In this document: one piece after another, positions 1 through 9,024 of the stretch | Position numbering within the stretch: position 1 is the stretch's first letter | Layout of the letters: each line of letters starts with the position of its first letter | Source of the DNA: a virus | Taxonomy: Duplodnaviria; Caudoviricetes | IMG/VR virus record: IMGVR_UViG_3300012878_000004 | Span: 1-27,741 of that record | Length of the DNA stretch: 27,741 nucleotides | Strand: one strand, 5' to 3' | Notes under the pieces: generated by a model | Seen by the model: the letters and a program-made list of their open reading frames with translations, nothing else | The model's database searches: none | What the model was told of the DNA's origin: nothing | Translations under genes and position numbers: made by a program

Positions 1-570
1 CGAAGGTTTGAGGGTATTGCTGTCGCCTACGACGACGTCCGGGCCAGCCCGGCCTACTTCGACAAGCGCGACATGGTTGCCGCGGATGTCTCGCATCACC
101 CCGTCGTATGGCACGCCTTGGTAAACGCCAGCGGTCATGTCTGCCCGGTAGCGGTAGGCGCTCGAAAGCTCCTGTTGCTGCCGCGACTCAATGCCCGCGA
201 TCGCTACGGCGTCCCATACGACGAGGGAGTTGTCCAGGTACGGCGCCGTGAAAACGGCATCGCTGCCCGTGGCGCCAACCACGAATTCCTTCTGAGGCTC
301 GTCCACAGTTACGGGGACGTGCTTGCTCAGCAGGGGGATGTTGTTGAAGCTCGGCGCCGCGCGTGCCAGTTCGTCCGGGGCGCGCAGCAGGAAATAAACG
401 CGGTTGGGGTCAAGCCCAAGCCGTTCCCAGTCCGGGATCTCGTCCCCCCGGTAGGGATTGACCGCCGCCTTGCTGATGTGCGTGATCTCCACGCGCAGCC
501 GGCCGTCCTGGTCGACAGTGCGCACACTGGCGCGATCGAAGGCCAGGCCGTCAGGGTTGTTCTTGTTCAT
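1..570 (-). CDS. DUF2213-family phage head protein (putative prohead protease/scaffold), 3' part outside window
   Basis: Not in ORF track. ATG at 570 overlaps upstream stop (ATGA) and is open to base 1: [46 protein letters not shown]...ELSSAYRY...[24 protein letters not shown]. These are DUF2213-type motifs, in the expected position after portal and gpF. Confidence 0.85.
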   Translation of the reverse strand, partial: MNKNNPDGLAFDRASVRTVDQDGRLRVEITHISKAAVNPYRGDEIPDWERLGLDPNRVYFLLRAPDELARAAPSFNNIPLLSKHVPVTVDEPQKEFVVGATGSDAVFTAPYLDNSLVVWDAVAIAGIESRQQQELSSAYRYRADMTAGVYQGVPYDGVMRDIRGNHVALVEVGRAGPDVVVGDSNTLKPS

Positions 571-1370
571 TCCTCGAATCCCGGGATAACGCTCTGCGCC
601 ACACAGCGGCAATTGATCAGCTCGCCGGGCCTGATCCAGGCGCCGTCGATGTACATGCCCTTGTCAACGTCGTAGAGCTGGCCGTTGGCCTCAACGTGCG
701 ACTGGCGTGGCTTCTTCCCACCACGCGAGTGCATCCACTTGGCCTGCTTGATGCCCAGACCCTGCTGGCGCACCCGCGTGATGGTCGCGGTTGCCTTGTT
801 GTTCTGGTCCCTGGCGATCAGCGCCGCGCGCCGCTTGGTGACGGCGTAGCGCTTCTCCAGATCCTTGGACAGGTCGCTCAGGTCTCGCCCTTGCGTCACC
901 GACCGCATGACCAGCCCTTGGACCTCCTGAAGATGCTCAGAAGCTATGGACTTGATCAGCCCAACGTTCTCCTGCACGGTGGCCTGGAAGACGTCATTGG
1001 CCGCCCGGGTCATGCCGAACTGGACGCTGAAGCCTTTCTGGCGCAGTGCGTCACGGAGCGACACGTCAGCCGCGCTCATCGACTCGTCAGCGAACCGCGT
1101 AGCCACCGGGCGCGATGCCTGGTCAAACTTGCGCTGCCACTGACGCGCCAGATTGCGCATCATCTTGCTCAGAGCGGCAGCCGGGCTTTCGTCCTGAGCC
1201 AGCTCCGGAGTGTTGGCCCGGTACGTCGCCTTGATCCAATACACGATCGACCGCTGCATCTCGTCGACCAGCCGGTCCAGCCGCTTCCTGTACGCCGCCT
1301 GCACGCCGCGATTGGCATGCGTGGCCGGCACTAGGATGTCGCGGCCGGTGGGGGAGACAAGATCAGGCAT
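567..1370 (-). CDS. Phage minor head / head morphogenesis protein (Mu gpF / SPP1 gp7-like)
   Basis: [22 protein letters not shown] and C-terminal PGELINCRC motifs; directly after portal. Confidence 0.9.
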   Translation of the reverse strand: MPDLVSPTGRDILVPATHANRGVQAAYRKRLDRLVDEMQRSIVYWIKATYRANTPELAQDESPAAALSKMMRNLARQWQRKFDQASRPVATRFADESMSAADVSLRDALRQKGFSVQFGMTRAANDVFQATVQENVGLIKSIASEHLQEVQGLVMRSVTQGRDLSDLSKDLEKRYAVTKRRAALIARDQNNKATATITRVRQQGLGIKQAKWMHSRGGKKPRQSHVEANGQLYDVDKGMYIDGAWIRPGELINCRCVAQSVIPGFEE

Positions 1371-2892
1371 AGGCTTGGGTGCTGAAGTCGGCGCGCTCTT
1401 CGCCTTCCTCCGGCTCGTCCTCGTCGTCTATCCCGTCATCCGGGTCTGGGTTGGTTTCCAGCGAGTGGTAGCCATTCGTCTGGTCCGCAGCCACTCGTTC
1501 GCGTGCATCGTCCGGGCTGATGACAGCGGCGCCGATCAATACAGCGTCGGTGTCTGCATCCATCTTCCGCACCTCGGCCTGTTCCTTCTCGCTCAGCTGC
1601 CACAGAGGCACGAACGAAAAGGTGATGTCAGGATCGATCTCGCCAAACTCGGACAGCTGGATCACCTCCAGGCACGCCTGGATCGGATCTCGGAACACGC
1701 TTTCCTGCACGGACAAGATGTCGTCATAGAAGACGCGGATCTCCCCGTCGCTGCTCGCGTTCAGACCGCTCGGCGTGATGCCCAGCAGCTTGACCAGCGG
1801 GATGCTGGATACCGATGACATCTGCTCCTGAGACTGGCCCTGCAGCGCATCCAGGCCCGTCAGGGGGACGTTCTCGAAGCCGAATTCCTCGGTGTCCTTG
1901 TCGATAGCCCACGATCCGCGATTCGTCCGCGTCTTGTTGAACAGCGCCAGGCGCGCCCAAACATCGTCACCGCAGCCGCCGGAGAGGATGGACGCCATGT
2001 TCGTCTTCAGCACGCCCACCGAGAACCCGTCGATCAGACTGGCGATGCTCTCGCGCGTTTTCAGCCAGTTGTTGACGTAGGGAATCGCCAACTGGGTCAT
2101 CGACAGGCCGCCGAAGTTGTACGACGGTTTCAATAGATCCGGCACGTCGCGCGACACAATGTTCAACAGCCGGCTGGAATGGACGTCCCGCCCCAGCACG
2201 AACCAGGACGTGGGCTTGTAGAAGTCCGCCCGCATGGGGTTGTCACTGTTGTACAGGTACGGCGTAGTCCAGACGGGGTCGATCACCTTGAAGCCGATGA
2301 GACTGCCTTTGGTGATCTTGGCCGGCGCGCGGACCAGGACGGACTTCAATTCTTCCGGGTCGGCCCACGCGGGCGCGCCCTTGGGCGTCTTCACGTCAAT
2401 GTAGATCTGCGACCGGCCATACAGCCCGTCTTGCAGTGCCGCCAAGCGGAAGCGTGCTCGCAGCTTGAACCGGCGCATGGCCTTGTCCAGCAACTGCAGC
2501 TTCTCCGTCTTGTCGTCGTCCCCGGACGTTTCCAGCTTGATCCATTTCCGGGTCATCTCCTTGGCGATGACGTCGGACATCTTGCGGTACTCGGGCCGCT
2601 GGGAAAGCTCAGCCAGGTACGGATACCCGATGAAGCCCATCCCCGCATACGCCTCGCTGACGTAGGCGTAGGTTGGCGCCATGGCCGAATCCATGGCCAG
2701 CATTGCCGGCTCGCGATCGGGCGGAATGACACCGGGCATCACTGTGGGGCGCTTGAATTCCCCCTTGGGCGCAGCCTTCTCAGCGTTCGCCACTGCCTGT
2801 AGCGAGATATTCATGCCCGGCTCTTTGCGCACGGGCTCAGCCGCGGGGGCCGTTGCCGGCTTCCCGCGACGAATCCAGTCGAACAATTTCAT
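1363..2892 (-). CDS. Phage portal protein (DUF1073 type)
   Basis: 509 aa directly after TerL; FIGYPYLAELSQRPEYR, VHSSRLL and IPLVKLLGITPSGLNASSDGEIRVFYD motifs. Confidence 0.88.
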   Translation of the reverse strand: MKLFDWIRRGKPATAPAAEPVRKEPGMNISLQAVANAEKAAPKGEFKRPTVMPGVIPPDREPAMLAMDSAMAPTYAYVSEAYAGMGFIGYPYLAELSQRPEYRKMSDVIAKEMTRKWIKLETSGDDDKTEKLQLLDKAMRRFKLRARFRLAALQDGLYGRSQIYIDVKTPKGAPAWADPEELKSVLVRAPAKITKGSLIGFKVIDPVWTTPYLYNSDNPMRADFYKPTSWFVLGRDVHSSRLLNIVSRDVPDLLKPSYNFGGLSMTQLAIPYVNNWLKTRESIASLIDGFSVGVLKTNMASILSGGCGDDVWARLALFNKTRTNRGSWAIDKDTEEFGFENVPLTGLDALQGQSQEQMSSVSSIPLVKLLGITPSGLNASSDGEIRVFYDDILSVQESVFRDPIQACLEVIQLSEFGEIDPDITFSFVPLWQLSEKEQAEVRKMDADTDAVLIGAAVISPDDARERVAADQTNGYHSLETNPDPDDGIDDEDEPEEGEERADFSTQAYA

Positions 2893-4379
2893 GCGCGCCT
2901 CATGGCATCGGGGTTGATAGTCATCGGGCGCTTGGTAATCAGTTCAGCAAAAGCCCGTGAAAGCGCGTCGACCTGGTCGTCGTGCTTCGCGTTGGGGAAT
3001 GAGCGAAGCTCGTCCACCACCTTCTTGTTCCAGTCGCCTCGCAGCATCAGGACGTTGCCCACGTTGACCTGGGCAGCGAACGGCTCTGCGCGCGTCACCT
3101 TGTCGCCCGTCTCAGGCGAGCTGGTCATCAGATAGCCCGGCATTCCTCGCGTCAGATACAAAACCTGCGTTTTCCCAGCTTGGCCGGGGTCCTGCGGGAT
3201 GCTGATGCGCACTGCACGCCCATCGAGCGCTGCCGTGTTCTCCAGTGCCTTATCGCGGCGTTCTGGCCCCATCTGGCCGTGCACCATGTCGCCGATCACA
3301 AACTGACCGGTTGGCAGGCGTCCAAGCTTCGCGCCAGCGGTGTAATCTCCCCCGCCTTCGGTGCTGGCGAAGTCCCAGCCTCGCACCCAATCGATACGGC
3401 CGGCCGGTAGTGCGTCGACCACTTGAATCTGGTCAGGCTTGAACAGGTCACCATCAAGGGGCGTGGGCAGCTGTTGGTACAGCGCCGACCACGTGCGGGA
3501 GTTAGATTCAAACTGTGCCCAGTGCCCTCGGTCGAACCACTCTGGCCACAGGTAATCGCCATGCTCGCGCCCGAGGGGGTCGCTATCGACCTCGCATCGA
3601 GCCTGGATGCACAGCACTTCCCAATCGTTTCCGTCCTTGCAGCGGATCAGACCGCTTTCACCTTTCCATGTATCGGGCAGGATTCGGCCGGCCAGATCAT
3701 CTTCATGCCAACGCGTCTGAATTATCACGATCCAGCCGCCAGGAATCAGGCGCGTCTTGAGGTCGTCTTCATAGGCGTCCCAGGTCTTTTGCCGGACTGT
3801 CTCCGAGTTGGCTTGCTCGCGCCCCTTGATCGGGTCATCAATGATGATTCCGTGCGCGCGGTTACCTGTGACACCCCCCAGGATCCCGCAGGCCAGGTAC
3901 TCGCTACCGTTGGTCAGCGAAAATTCCTGCGCCGCGGACGACTCAGCAGTCAGCGACGCGCCCCACACCCCACGGAAGCGGGGCTGCTTGATGATCGACC
4001 GGGTCCGGCGCCCCATCTTGCGCGCCAGGTCATCGCCATAGCTGGCCAGGATGAGCCGGCGCCCGGGCTCAGCACCCAGGAACGCGGAGGGGAACACCAC
4101 GGACGCATACGTGCTTTTGGCAGACCCTGGAGGCATGAACACCATCATGCGGCCGTGGCGACGCTCGCTCGTTTCCTTGAGCTTGGTCAGCAACAGCCGG
4201 TGGTGATCGGCCATCGTGGTTTCGATAGGCTCGAAGAACTCCGTGTCCGGGTCTTCTGAGTCCACCGGCCTGCCAGGCACATCAATAGCGTTGGCGTAAT
4301 CCAGGATGCTGGCCCGCGCGCGCCGACGGATCAGCAGTTCACGCGCCGCCTCCTGTGACGATAGCGGCGAGTTGTTCAT
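2889..4379 (-). CDS. terL: Terminase large subunit
   Basis: Walker A-like MPPGSAKS, Walker B IIIDDP, IIQTRWHEDDL, nuclease motifs GWDFA and HDDQVDALS. Confidence 0.95.
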   Translation of the reverse strand: MNNSPLSSQEAARELLIRRRARASILDYANAIDVPGRPVDSEDPDTEFFEPIETTMADHHRLLLTKLKETSERRHGRMMVFMPPGSAKSTYASVVFPSAFLGAEPGRRLILASYGDDLARKMGRRTRSIIKQPRFRGVWGASLTAESSAAQEFSLTNGSEYLACGILGGVTGNRAHGIIIDDPIKGREQANSETVRQKTWDAYEDDLKTRLIPGGWIVIIQTRWHEDDLAGRILPDTWKGESGLIRCKDGNDWEVLCIQARCEVDSDPLGREHGDYLWPEWFDRGHWAQFESNSRTWSALYQQLPTPLDGDLFKPDQIQVVDALPAGRIDWVRGWDFASTEGGGDYTAGAKLGRLPTGQFVIGDMVHGQMGPERRDKALENTAALDGRAVRISIPQDPGQAGKTQVLYLTRGMPGYLMTSSPETGDKVTRAEPFAAQVNVGNVLMLRGDWNKKVVDELRSFPNAKHDDQVDALSRAFAELITKRPMTINPDAMRRA

Positions 4380-4989
4380 CGGTCAGTTCTTTGGCCCGTA
4401 GGGGCGTTCCGTTCGGGCCGCTCAGCTCAAGCTTGGCGACCTCGGCGATTCCGTAGGCTTCCCGTTCAATGCCGACCAGGTTCTTCAGCGTCTCGGCCAG
4501 CTTCTTCATACTGTCGATGCGGCCGGCGCTGGAGATCACCTTCTGGTATACGTCGTTGCGCTTGTCCTGTCCCTTGTCGTCTTCGCTGCGGAGGATTTCA
4601 CCCAGCTCGCGGAACAGATCAATGTCGCCCGTCTCGGCCTCCAGCTCTTCGAGCAAGGACATGCAGAGTGTGCGAGCGCGGCGGATATCACTGCGGTGGC
4701 CCAGCCGGATGTTGGCGATCACCTCAGCATTCGCTTCAACGATGGCCCGGTCGGTTACCGCCTGCTCACTGGTAACTTCCTTGGTAACCGTGCGGCTGGT
4801 AACCAGCGCATCGGCCTTCGCTTTGATCTTGGCGTTAAGGTCGCGCTCCCAGCCTTCCTTCTTTGCGCGCTTTGCGATGGCCACATGGGATACCCCTTGT
4901 GACGCGGCAATCTCGCGCACGGACAGCAGGCCGGCGCGGTAGTCGGATTCGATCCGCTCCCAGTCGGGTTTCTTCTTTGCTTCAGTCAT
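4339..4989 (-). CDS. terS: Terminase small subunit (putative)
   Basis: N-terminal HTH (PDWERIESDYRAGLLSVREIAASQGVSHVAIAKRAKKEGW); C-terminal ELSGPNGTPL...LTDEQL; immediately upstream of TerL. Confidence 0.8.
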   Translation of the reverse strand: MTEAKKKPDWERIESDYRAGLLSVREIAASQGVSHVAIAKRAKKEGWERDLNAKIKAKADALVTSRTVTKEVTSEQAVTDRAIVEANAEVIANIRLGHRSDIRRARTLCMSLLEELEAETGDIDLFRELGEILRSEDDKGQDKRNDVYQKVISSAGRIDSMKKLAETLKNLVGIEREAYGIAEVAKLELSGPNGTPLRAKELTDEQLAAIVTGGGA

Positions 4990-4993
4990 AAAC

Positions 4994-5152
4994 CTATTCC
5001 GCCGTGATACGCATGCCGAGATTCACGGCACGCGCGACCCGCTGGTAGTCAGGCTCGCGGCCCGTCAGGATGCAGCAGAGGCGCACGCCAGCCAGATAAG
5101 GGGTGACCCACCAGGCAAAGCGGACCCGCATGGTAAGAACGGTCTTGGCCAT
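4994..5152 (-). CDS. Small phage hypothetical protein (52 aa)
   Basis: Not in ORF track. CAGGAG RBS then ATG: MAKTVLTMRVRFAWWVTPYLAGVRLCCILTGREPDYQRVARAVNLGMRITAE; ends 4 nt before terS start. Confidence 0.7.
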   Translation of the reverse strand: MAKTVLTMRVRFAWWVTPYLAGVRLCCILTGREPDYQRVARAVNLGMRITAE

Positions 5153-5588
5153 GGCGGCTCCTGGATATGTGCGTCCATCCGACTACCCGCCGTGGCGAGC
5201 TGGGCGCCGCGGTTCTCGTCATGCTGGCCGCCGGCGACAAGACCGGAAGAAAGATCCCGCGCATTTGCCCCTGCGCAGGCGCCAGGCCTGCTTAGGCGAC
5301 TCATGGGGTACTTGTAGGTTGTGGGGCCCACCCCTTGGCGCACCTGTGTGTGCGCTGGTTGGACCGATAGGGGCTTAACGGGCGGCGCCGGTCGGAGCCA
5401 GCGTCACAGGGCTATCCCCGAATGCAGCGTTGGCCTTTGGCGCGCTGCTGGCTGGTCGATTGCGGCGGCTGTTCCCACAGAGCAGAGGCCTGCATCTTAA
5501 GCAAGCCGCTAGTCTCTAGGAACTCTCTACATCAAGTCGGTAGCAAGGTGCTATTGTCATGTCCCACAACCTTGGATCGAGGCCCAAA

Positions 5589-5825
5589 ATGGCAAAACGC
5601 CGCGAGATTGAAACCGAACGCTTTCAGGCTAAGGACGAATCTGGGAGGCTGTACACCATAGTCCGCATCTCTGAACAGAAAGATGTCGGGGGATTGGATG
5701 GTACTGAGTGGCTGGAAACTATGGCCAGGCTCGTAACGACTGAAGGTCACTCCGTGAACAGCGACGGGTCTGACACCTTCCATATCGTCAACCTCCGAAC
5801 GGACGTAAAGCGTGTAGGCCAATAA
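5589..5825 (+). CDS. Moron-like hypothetical protein (78 aa), opposite to late transcription
   Basis: GAGG RBS then ATG at 5589 (MAKRREIETERFQAKDESG...); possible extended -10 TGcTATTGT near 5549-5557; ends at hairpin 5830-5856. Confidence 0.65.
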   Translation: MAKRREIETERFQAKDESGRLYTIVRISEQKDVGGLDGTEWLETMARLVTTEGHSVNSDGSDTFHIVNLRTDVKRVGQ

Positions 5826-5856
5826 GAAAGAAGCCCCGGCGCAATGTCGGGGCTTC
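5824..5856 (-). terminator. Intrinsic terminator (tR'-like; possibly bidirectional)
   Basis: Stem GAAGCCCCGGC (5830-5840) / GTCGGGGCTTC (5846-5856); followed by TTTCTT on the minus strand. Confidence 0.8.
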
Positions 5857-5862
5857 AGTTCT

Positions 5863-6156
5863 TCAGGGCGCAAGTGCCCGCACGTATTGTGATGGTTCTT
5901 GAAATGGTTTGCCAGGAGCCGATGTTATATTCCCCCACCAATATTCAACATGGACACGGGCACTCGCCTCGTCCCTGGTGCTGCTGATCTGGCCGCACTC
6001 TTCCAGAGCGACCAGCACGCGCCAAACGCCAGTACGCACTACCGCGCGCTCCCGTGAGTCCGCCCGGGGTGCGGCGTAGTTGATGATCTGCTTCATCTTG
6101 AACCGGCGGCCAGGGTAAGCGGCCAGCAGGTCTATCACTTCCTTCGCGTACTTCAT
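5863..6156 (-). CDS. Hypothetical protein, possible winged-helix DNA-binding protein
   Basis: 97-aa ORF coupled by ATGA overlap to upstream gene; helical pattern EVIDLLAAYPGRRFKMKQII...VWRVLVALEECGQI. Confidence 0.7.
   Translation of the reverse strand: MKYAKEVIDLLAAYPGRRFKMKQIINYAAPRADSRERAVVRTGVWRVLVALEECGQISSTRDEASARVHVEYWWGNITSAPGKPFQEPSQYVRALAP
5886..5914 (-). promoter_or_regulatory. Putative late promoter (pR'-like) with AACCAT direct repeats in the spacer
   Basis: Minus strand TGGCAA-17 nt-CACAAT with AACCAT twice between the hexamers; about 30 nt upstream of the terminator and downstream of the Q-like gene. Confidence 0.4.
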
Positions 6157-6509
6157 CCCAGTTTCCTTTCAACCTGGTTGCGGAACAGCCCCAGGTACAG
6201 CTTGTATTCGGTTTCGTTCAGGGCAATGCCGGTCGTCGTGGCGATCCACTCCAGCGCGGCCTTACGCCGGGCCTTCGTGTCCATGGCGCCGAACATGGCG
6301 TTCTTCTGCGGATACTCCGCGATCACTACCATGCGCTCATGCCACGGCAGAGCTGCGTGCATCGCCTCCACCAGCAGCGCGTGGTCGTGGTTGATCGGGC
6401 GCGGGTCGACTTCCTCGGCGTAATGGACGGCCATATTGCCCACGGTGCAACCGGACCAGGTCCAGCGCGCCCAATTCCACAAAAGATCGTCGCCAGTCAG
6501 GCTACTCAT
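6153..6509 (-). CDS. Putative late antiterminator (Q-like)
   Basis: 118 aa; N-terminal LLWNWARW and ALP..ERMVV.AEY segment resembling Q/sigma-4 folds; at the end of the early right operon. Confidence 0.55.
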   Translation of the reverse strand: MSSLTGDDLLWNWARWTWSGCTVGNMAVHYAEEVDPRPINHDHALLVEAMHAALPWHERMVVIAEYPQKNAMFGAMDTKARRKAALEWIATTTGIALNETEYKLYLGLFRNQVERKLG

Positions 6510-6702
6510 CAGCCACCTCGTACCGGTTGCACTTGGTGCCGTAGGGCTTGCCCTTCAGGCACCGTGTGATCGTGTCGCCGAACGGCGTCTCGATGGGCTT
6601 GGCATGCGCACAGCCTTTGCACGACCGATTGATCGCGGCCTGCTGGCGGCTCATCACCACCTGCATCGGGTCGCGGAACTCCCATTTGCGTAGGTCTTCC
6701 AT
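6502..6702 (-). CDS. Small Cys-rich hypothetical protein (66 aa)
   Basis: True start at 6702 (TGATG overlap): MEDLRKWEFRDPMQ...SCKGC...RC...KC; possible Zn site. Confidence 0.7.
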   Translation of the reverse strand: MEDLRKWEFRDPMQVVMSRQQAAINRSCKGCAHAKPIETPFGDTITRCLKGKPYGTKCNRYEVADE

Positions 6703-7238
6703 CACATCGCTCCTTGTTGCGCCTGAACGGTCAGAGCCACACCGATAGCGGGCCATGCATGGGTAGACACGCCGTAGAGGGGGCCAGGCTTTGCCTTGGT
6801 GCCGATTTGAGGGGTTGCTCCACCCCCTGATGCTGGGTAGAGGTCGATAATCGCCTGACGGACGTTTCCGTCCTTCGCCTTCGTGGTGCCGCATAAGTGC
6901 ATCTTCACGTCCTTGCGATACACGAGCTTGACCGCCTCCGGGTCGTGCCATGCCTGGACGAACCGCCCGATCCATACGCATGTCTCGAAGACTTCTCGGC
7001 CTACGGGCATCCCGTAACTGGCGATCATCTCGATAGCCATGGTCGCGTAGATACGGCTGGCAACGCACTCGAGCATTTCGGCGTTTGGCAGAACTCCTGA
7101 CGACAGCACACGGCCACCCGCAAGCACACACCATCCGGACTGAGTCGGGCCAGGATCGATGGCGAAGGTGCCGACGGTGCGGCCTGGCACGAATTCGGTA
7201 CCAGCCAGAGGGTCCAGAACCACGTCCATTTGTTTCAT
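6702..7238 (-). CDS. RuvC-like Holliday junction resolvase (phage type)
   Basis: FAIDPGPTQSGW, MAIEMIASYG and VKMHLCGTTKAKD motifs; nin-region position. Confidence 0.75.
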   Translation of the reverse strand: MKQMDVVLDPLAGTEFVPGRTVGTFAIDPGPTQSGWCVLAGGRVLSSGVLPNAEMLECVASRIYATMAIEMIASYGMPVGREVFETCVWIGRFVQAWHDPEAVKLVYRKDVKMHLCGTTKAKDGNVRQAIIDLYPASGGGATPQIGTKAKPGPLYGVSTHAWPAIGVALTVQAQQGAM

Positions 7239-7630
7239 GCGCCCACCTGTGCACGGAGAACGCGGAAGGGATCGAACATCCCGGGCATGTAGCCGGCGCG
7301 CAGCCCCTGCACGGTCTTGTTCGTCTCCTGGATCGCCTTGGTCCGCTCGCGCACAGCCAACATCGGCTCGTCCCGCTCCTCGGTTGCATCGCCCTGTCCA
7401 AGCGCAAAGATGTGCGCGCGGCCATGCACGCTGACGCGGATTTCCTTCGTCTTGTGCACGCGCCCTTCCCCTGCCAGCCGCTCCAGCACATCGCGCACGC
7501 TGGATTTCGTCAGCTTCGTCGCCGCGGCGAGCTCGGTGATCGTCTGCGGGCCGGCCATGCCGAGTGCTTCGAGTACCAGCTTGTTGCTGTCCCGGCGCTT
7601 GCCCGTTTTCATCGGTTGAGTGTTCTGCAT
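7235..7630 (-). CDS. Winged-helix (MarR/IclR-like HTH) protein
   Basis: VLEALGMAGPQTITELAAATKLTKSSVRDVLERLAGEGRV; GAGG RBS favours ATG at 7630. Confidence 0.8.
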   Translation of the reverse strand: MQNTQPMKTGKRRDSNKLVLEALGMAGPQTITELAAATKLTKSSVRDVLERLAGEGRVHKTKEIRVSVHGRAHIFALGQGDATEERDEPMLAVRERTKAIQETNKTVQGLRAGYMPGMFDPFRVLRAQVGA

Positions 7631-7632
7631 GG

Positions 7633-9024
7633 TCAATCCCTCAGTTGGCTGTACTTCGGTTTCGGTTTGAACTGCACGGCGTTGCGTGCTTCTGTCACGG
7701 CTTGGATATCGGCGTCCAGGAAGCGCGAGTGCTGGCCTTGGAAAGTCAGGAAGACTTCGCCCAGCGGCCCCATCCGCTGCTTGCGGATCAGGATCTCGGC
7801 TAAGCCCTTGAGCGGGCTGTCTGGCGTGTAGTAGTCGTCGCGGTAAGCCATCAGAATGACGTCGGCGTCCTGCTCGATTGCGCCGGACTCGCGCAGGTCG
7901 CTCATGAGCGGTCGCTTGTCCACGCGCTTCTCAACCTCACGTGAAAGCTGGGACAGCAGGATGATTGGGCAGCCCAATTCACGGGCCAACAGCTTCAGCG
8001 CGCGGGTGATACCGCCCAGCTCTTCGTTTCGGTTGCCGCCCTCACCCTGCATAAGTTGCAGGTAATCGATGACGATCAAGTCCAAGCGCTTATGGCGCTG
8101 GCGCACCTTCCGAGCGGCAATCCGAATGCGGGAGGCGTTCGCCAACCGTGGATCGTCGGCGATGACCAGCTTCTGGTTCTCCAGGCGCCCCAAAGCCGAC
8201 GTCAGCCTGGTGAAATCGCCCTGGCTCAGTCTCCCCGTGCGCATCCGCTGGCTGTCAATTTCCCCAAAGCGCGACACGCTGCGCTCCGCAAGTTGGCGTG
8301 ACGCCATTTCCAGACTGATGACGAACGCCACTTTTCCATCTACTGCGACGTTCTCCGCGATGTTCACGGCCAGCGTCGTCTTTCCCATGGAGGGGCGTCC
8401 TGCAACGATAATCAAATCCCCAATCTGCAAGCCGCACGTCTGGCGGTCCAGGTCTTCGAAGCCGGTCGACAGCCCGGAGACTTCGCCGCCATGCTCCATC
8501 CGCGCCTCAAGCGCCTCCAGCACACCGGGGAGCAATTCGCCGATCGGCTTCGGGTCTTCTCCCGCTTCTCGCGTGTCTGCCAGCGCCATCGTCATGCTGG
8601 TCGCGCGCTCAATCAGGGCAGATGCCTCCCCGGGTTCATCGGCCAACGCTGCGATGTGCTGCCCCAGGATCTGCAAGTCACGGCGGATGCGGTGCGATCG
8701 AACGATATCGGCGTAGCGCCGGATGTTTGCACTGCTCGGCGTGTTCTGCGCGATTGCGTTCAGGTAGGCGATGCCGCCCGATTGCTCAGAGTCGCCAGTT
8801 GCCTGCAAGGCGTCATGCACGGTCAGCACGTCGGCCGGCATGCCGCGGTCAAGCAACGTCGACGCGGCGCCAAAGATCAGGCGGTGGTCATGGCGGTAGA
8901 AGTCCTCAACGGCCACCCGCCCATCCAGCCGTTCCCACGCGCCGTTATCGAGAAGCAGACCCCCAAGGATCGACTGCTCAGCGTCAACCGAGTGCGGCGG
9001 CACACGCAAGGCTTCGGCGGTCAT
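7633..9024 (-). CDS. dnaB: Replicative DNA helicase DnaB (phage-encoded)
   Basis: PPHSVDAEQSILG, AGRPSMGKT, SLEM, IDYLQLM, LSQLSR and DLRESGAIEQDAD motifs. Confidence 0.97.
   Translation of the reverse strand: MTAEALRVPPHSVDAEQSILGGLLLDNGAWERLDGRVAVEDFYRHDHRLIFGAASTLLDRGMPADVLTVHDALQATGDSEQSGGIAYLNAIAQNTPSSANIRRYADIVRSHRIRRDLQILGQHIAALADEPGEASALIERATSMTMALADTREAGEDPKPIGELLPGVLEALEARMEHGGEVSGLSTGFEDLDRQTCGLQIGDLIIVAGRPSMGKTTLAVNIAENVAVDGKVAFVISLEMASRQLAERSVSRFGEIDSQRMRTGRLSQGDFTRLTSALGRLENQKLVIADDPRLANASRIRIAARKVRQRHKRLDLIVIDYLQLMQGEGGNRNEELGGITRALKLLARELGCPIILLSQLSREVEKRVDKRPLMSDLRESGAIEQDADVILMAYRDDYYTPDSPLKGLAEILIRKQRMGPLGEVFLTFQGQHSRFLDADIQAVTEARNAVQFKPKPKYSQLRD

Noticed and set aside
1363-2892. 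Anti-CBASS Acb1 label sometimes attached to DUF1073-type proteins
   Set aside because: Size and position between TerL and gpF indicate a portal; I see no paired HxT/S phosphoesterase motifs
5205-5250. Hammerhead ribozyme suggested by minus-strand ATGACGAG
   Set aside because: The core is not CUGANGA and there is no correctly placed GAAA; the bases are paired in a simple stem
6703-7491. Upstream part of the 329-aa minus ORF 6502-7491 as a second dual-coded gene
   Set aside because: Arg/Pro/Cys-rich shadow composition with no motifs; only the last 66 codons have a coupled start
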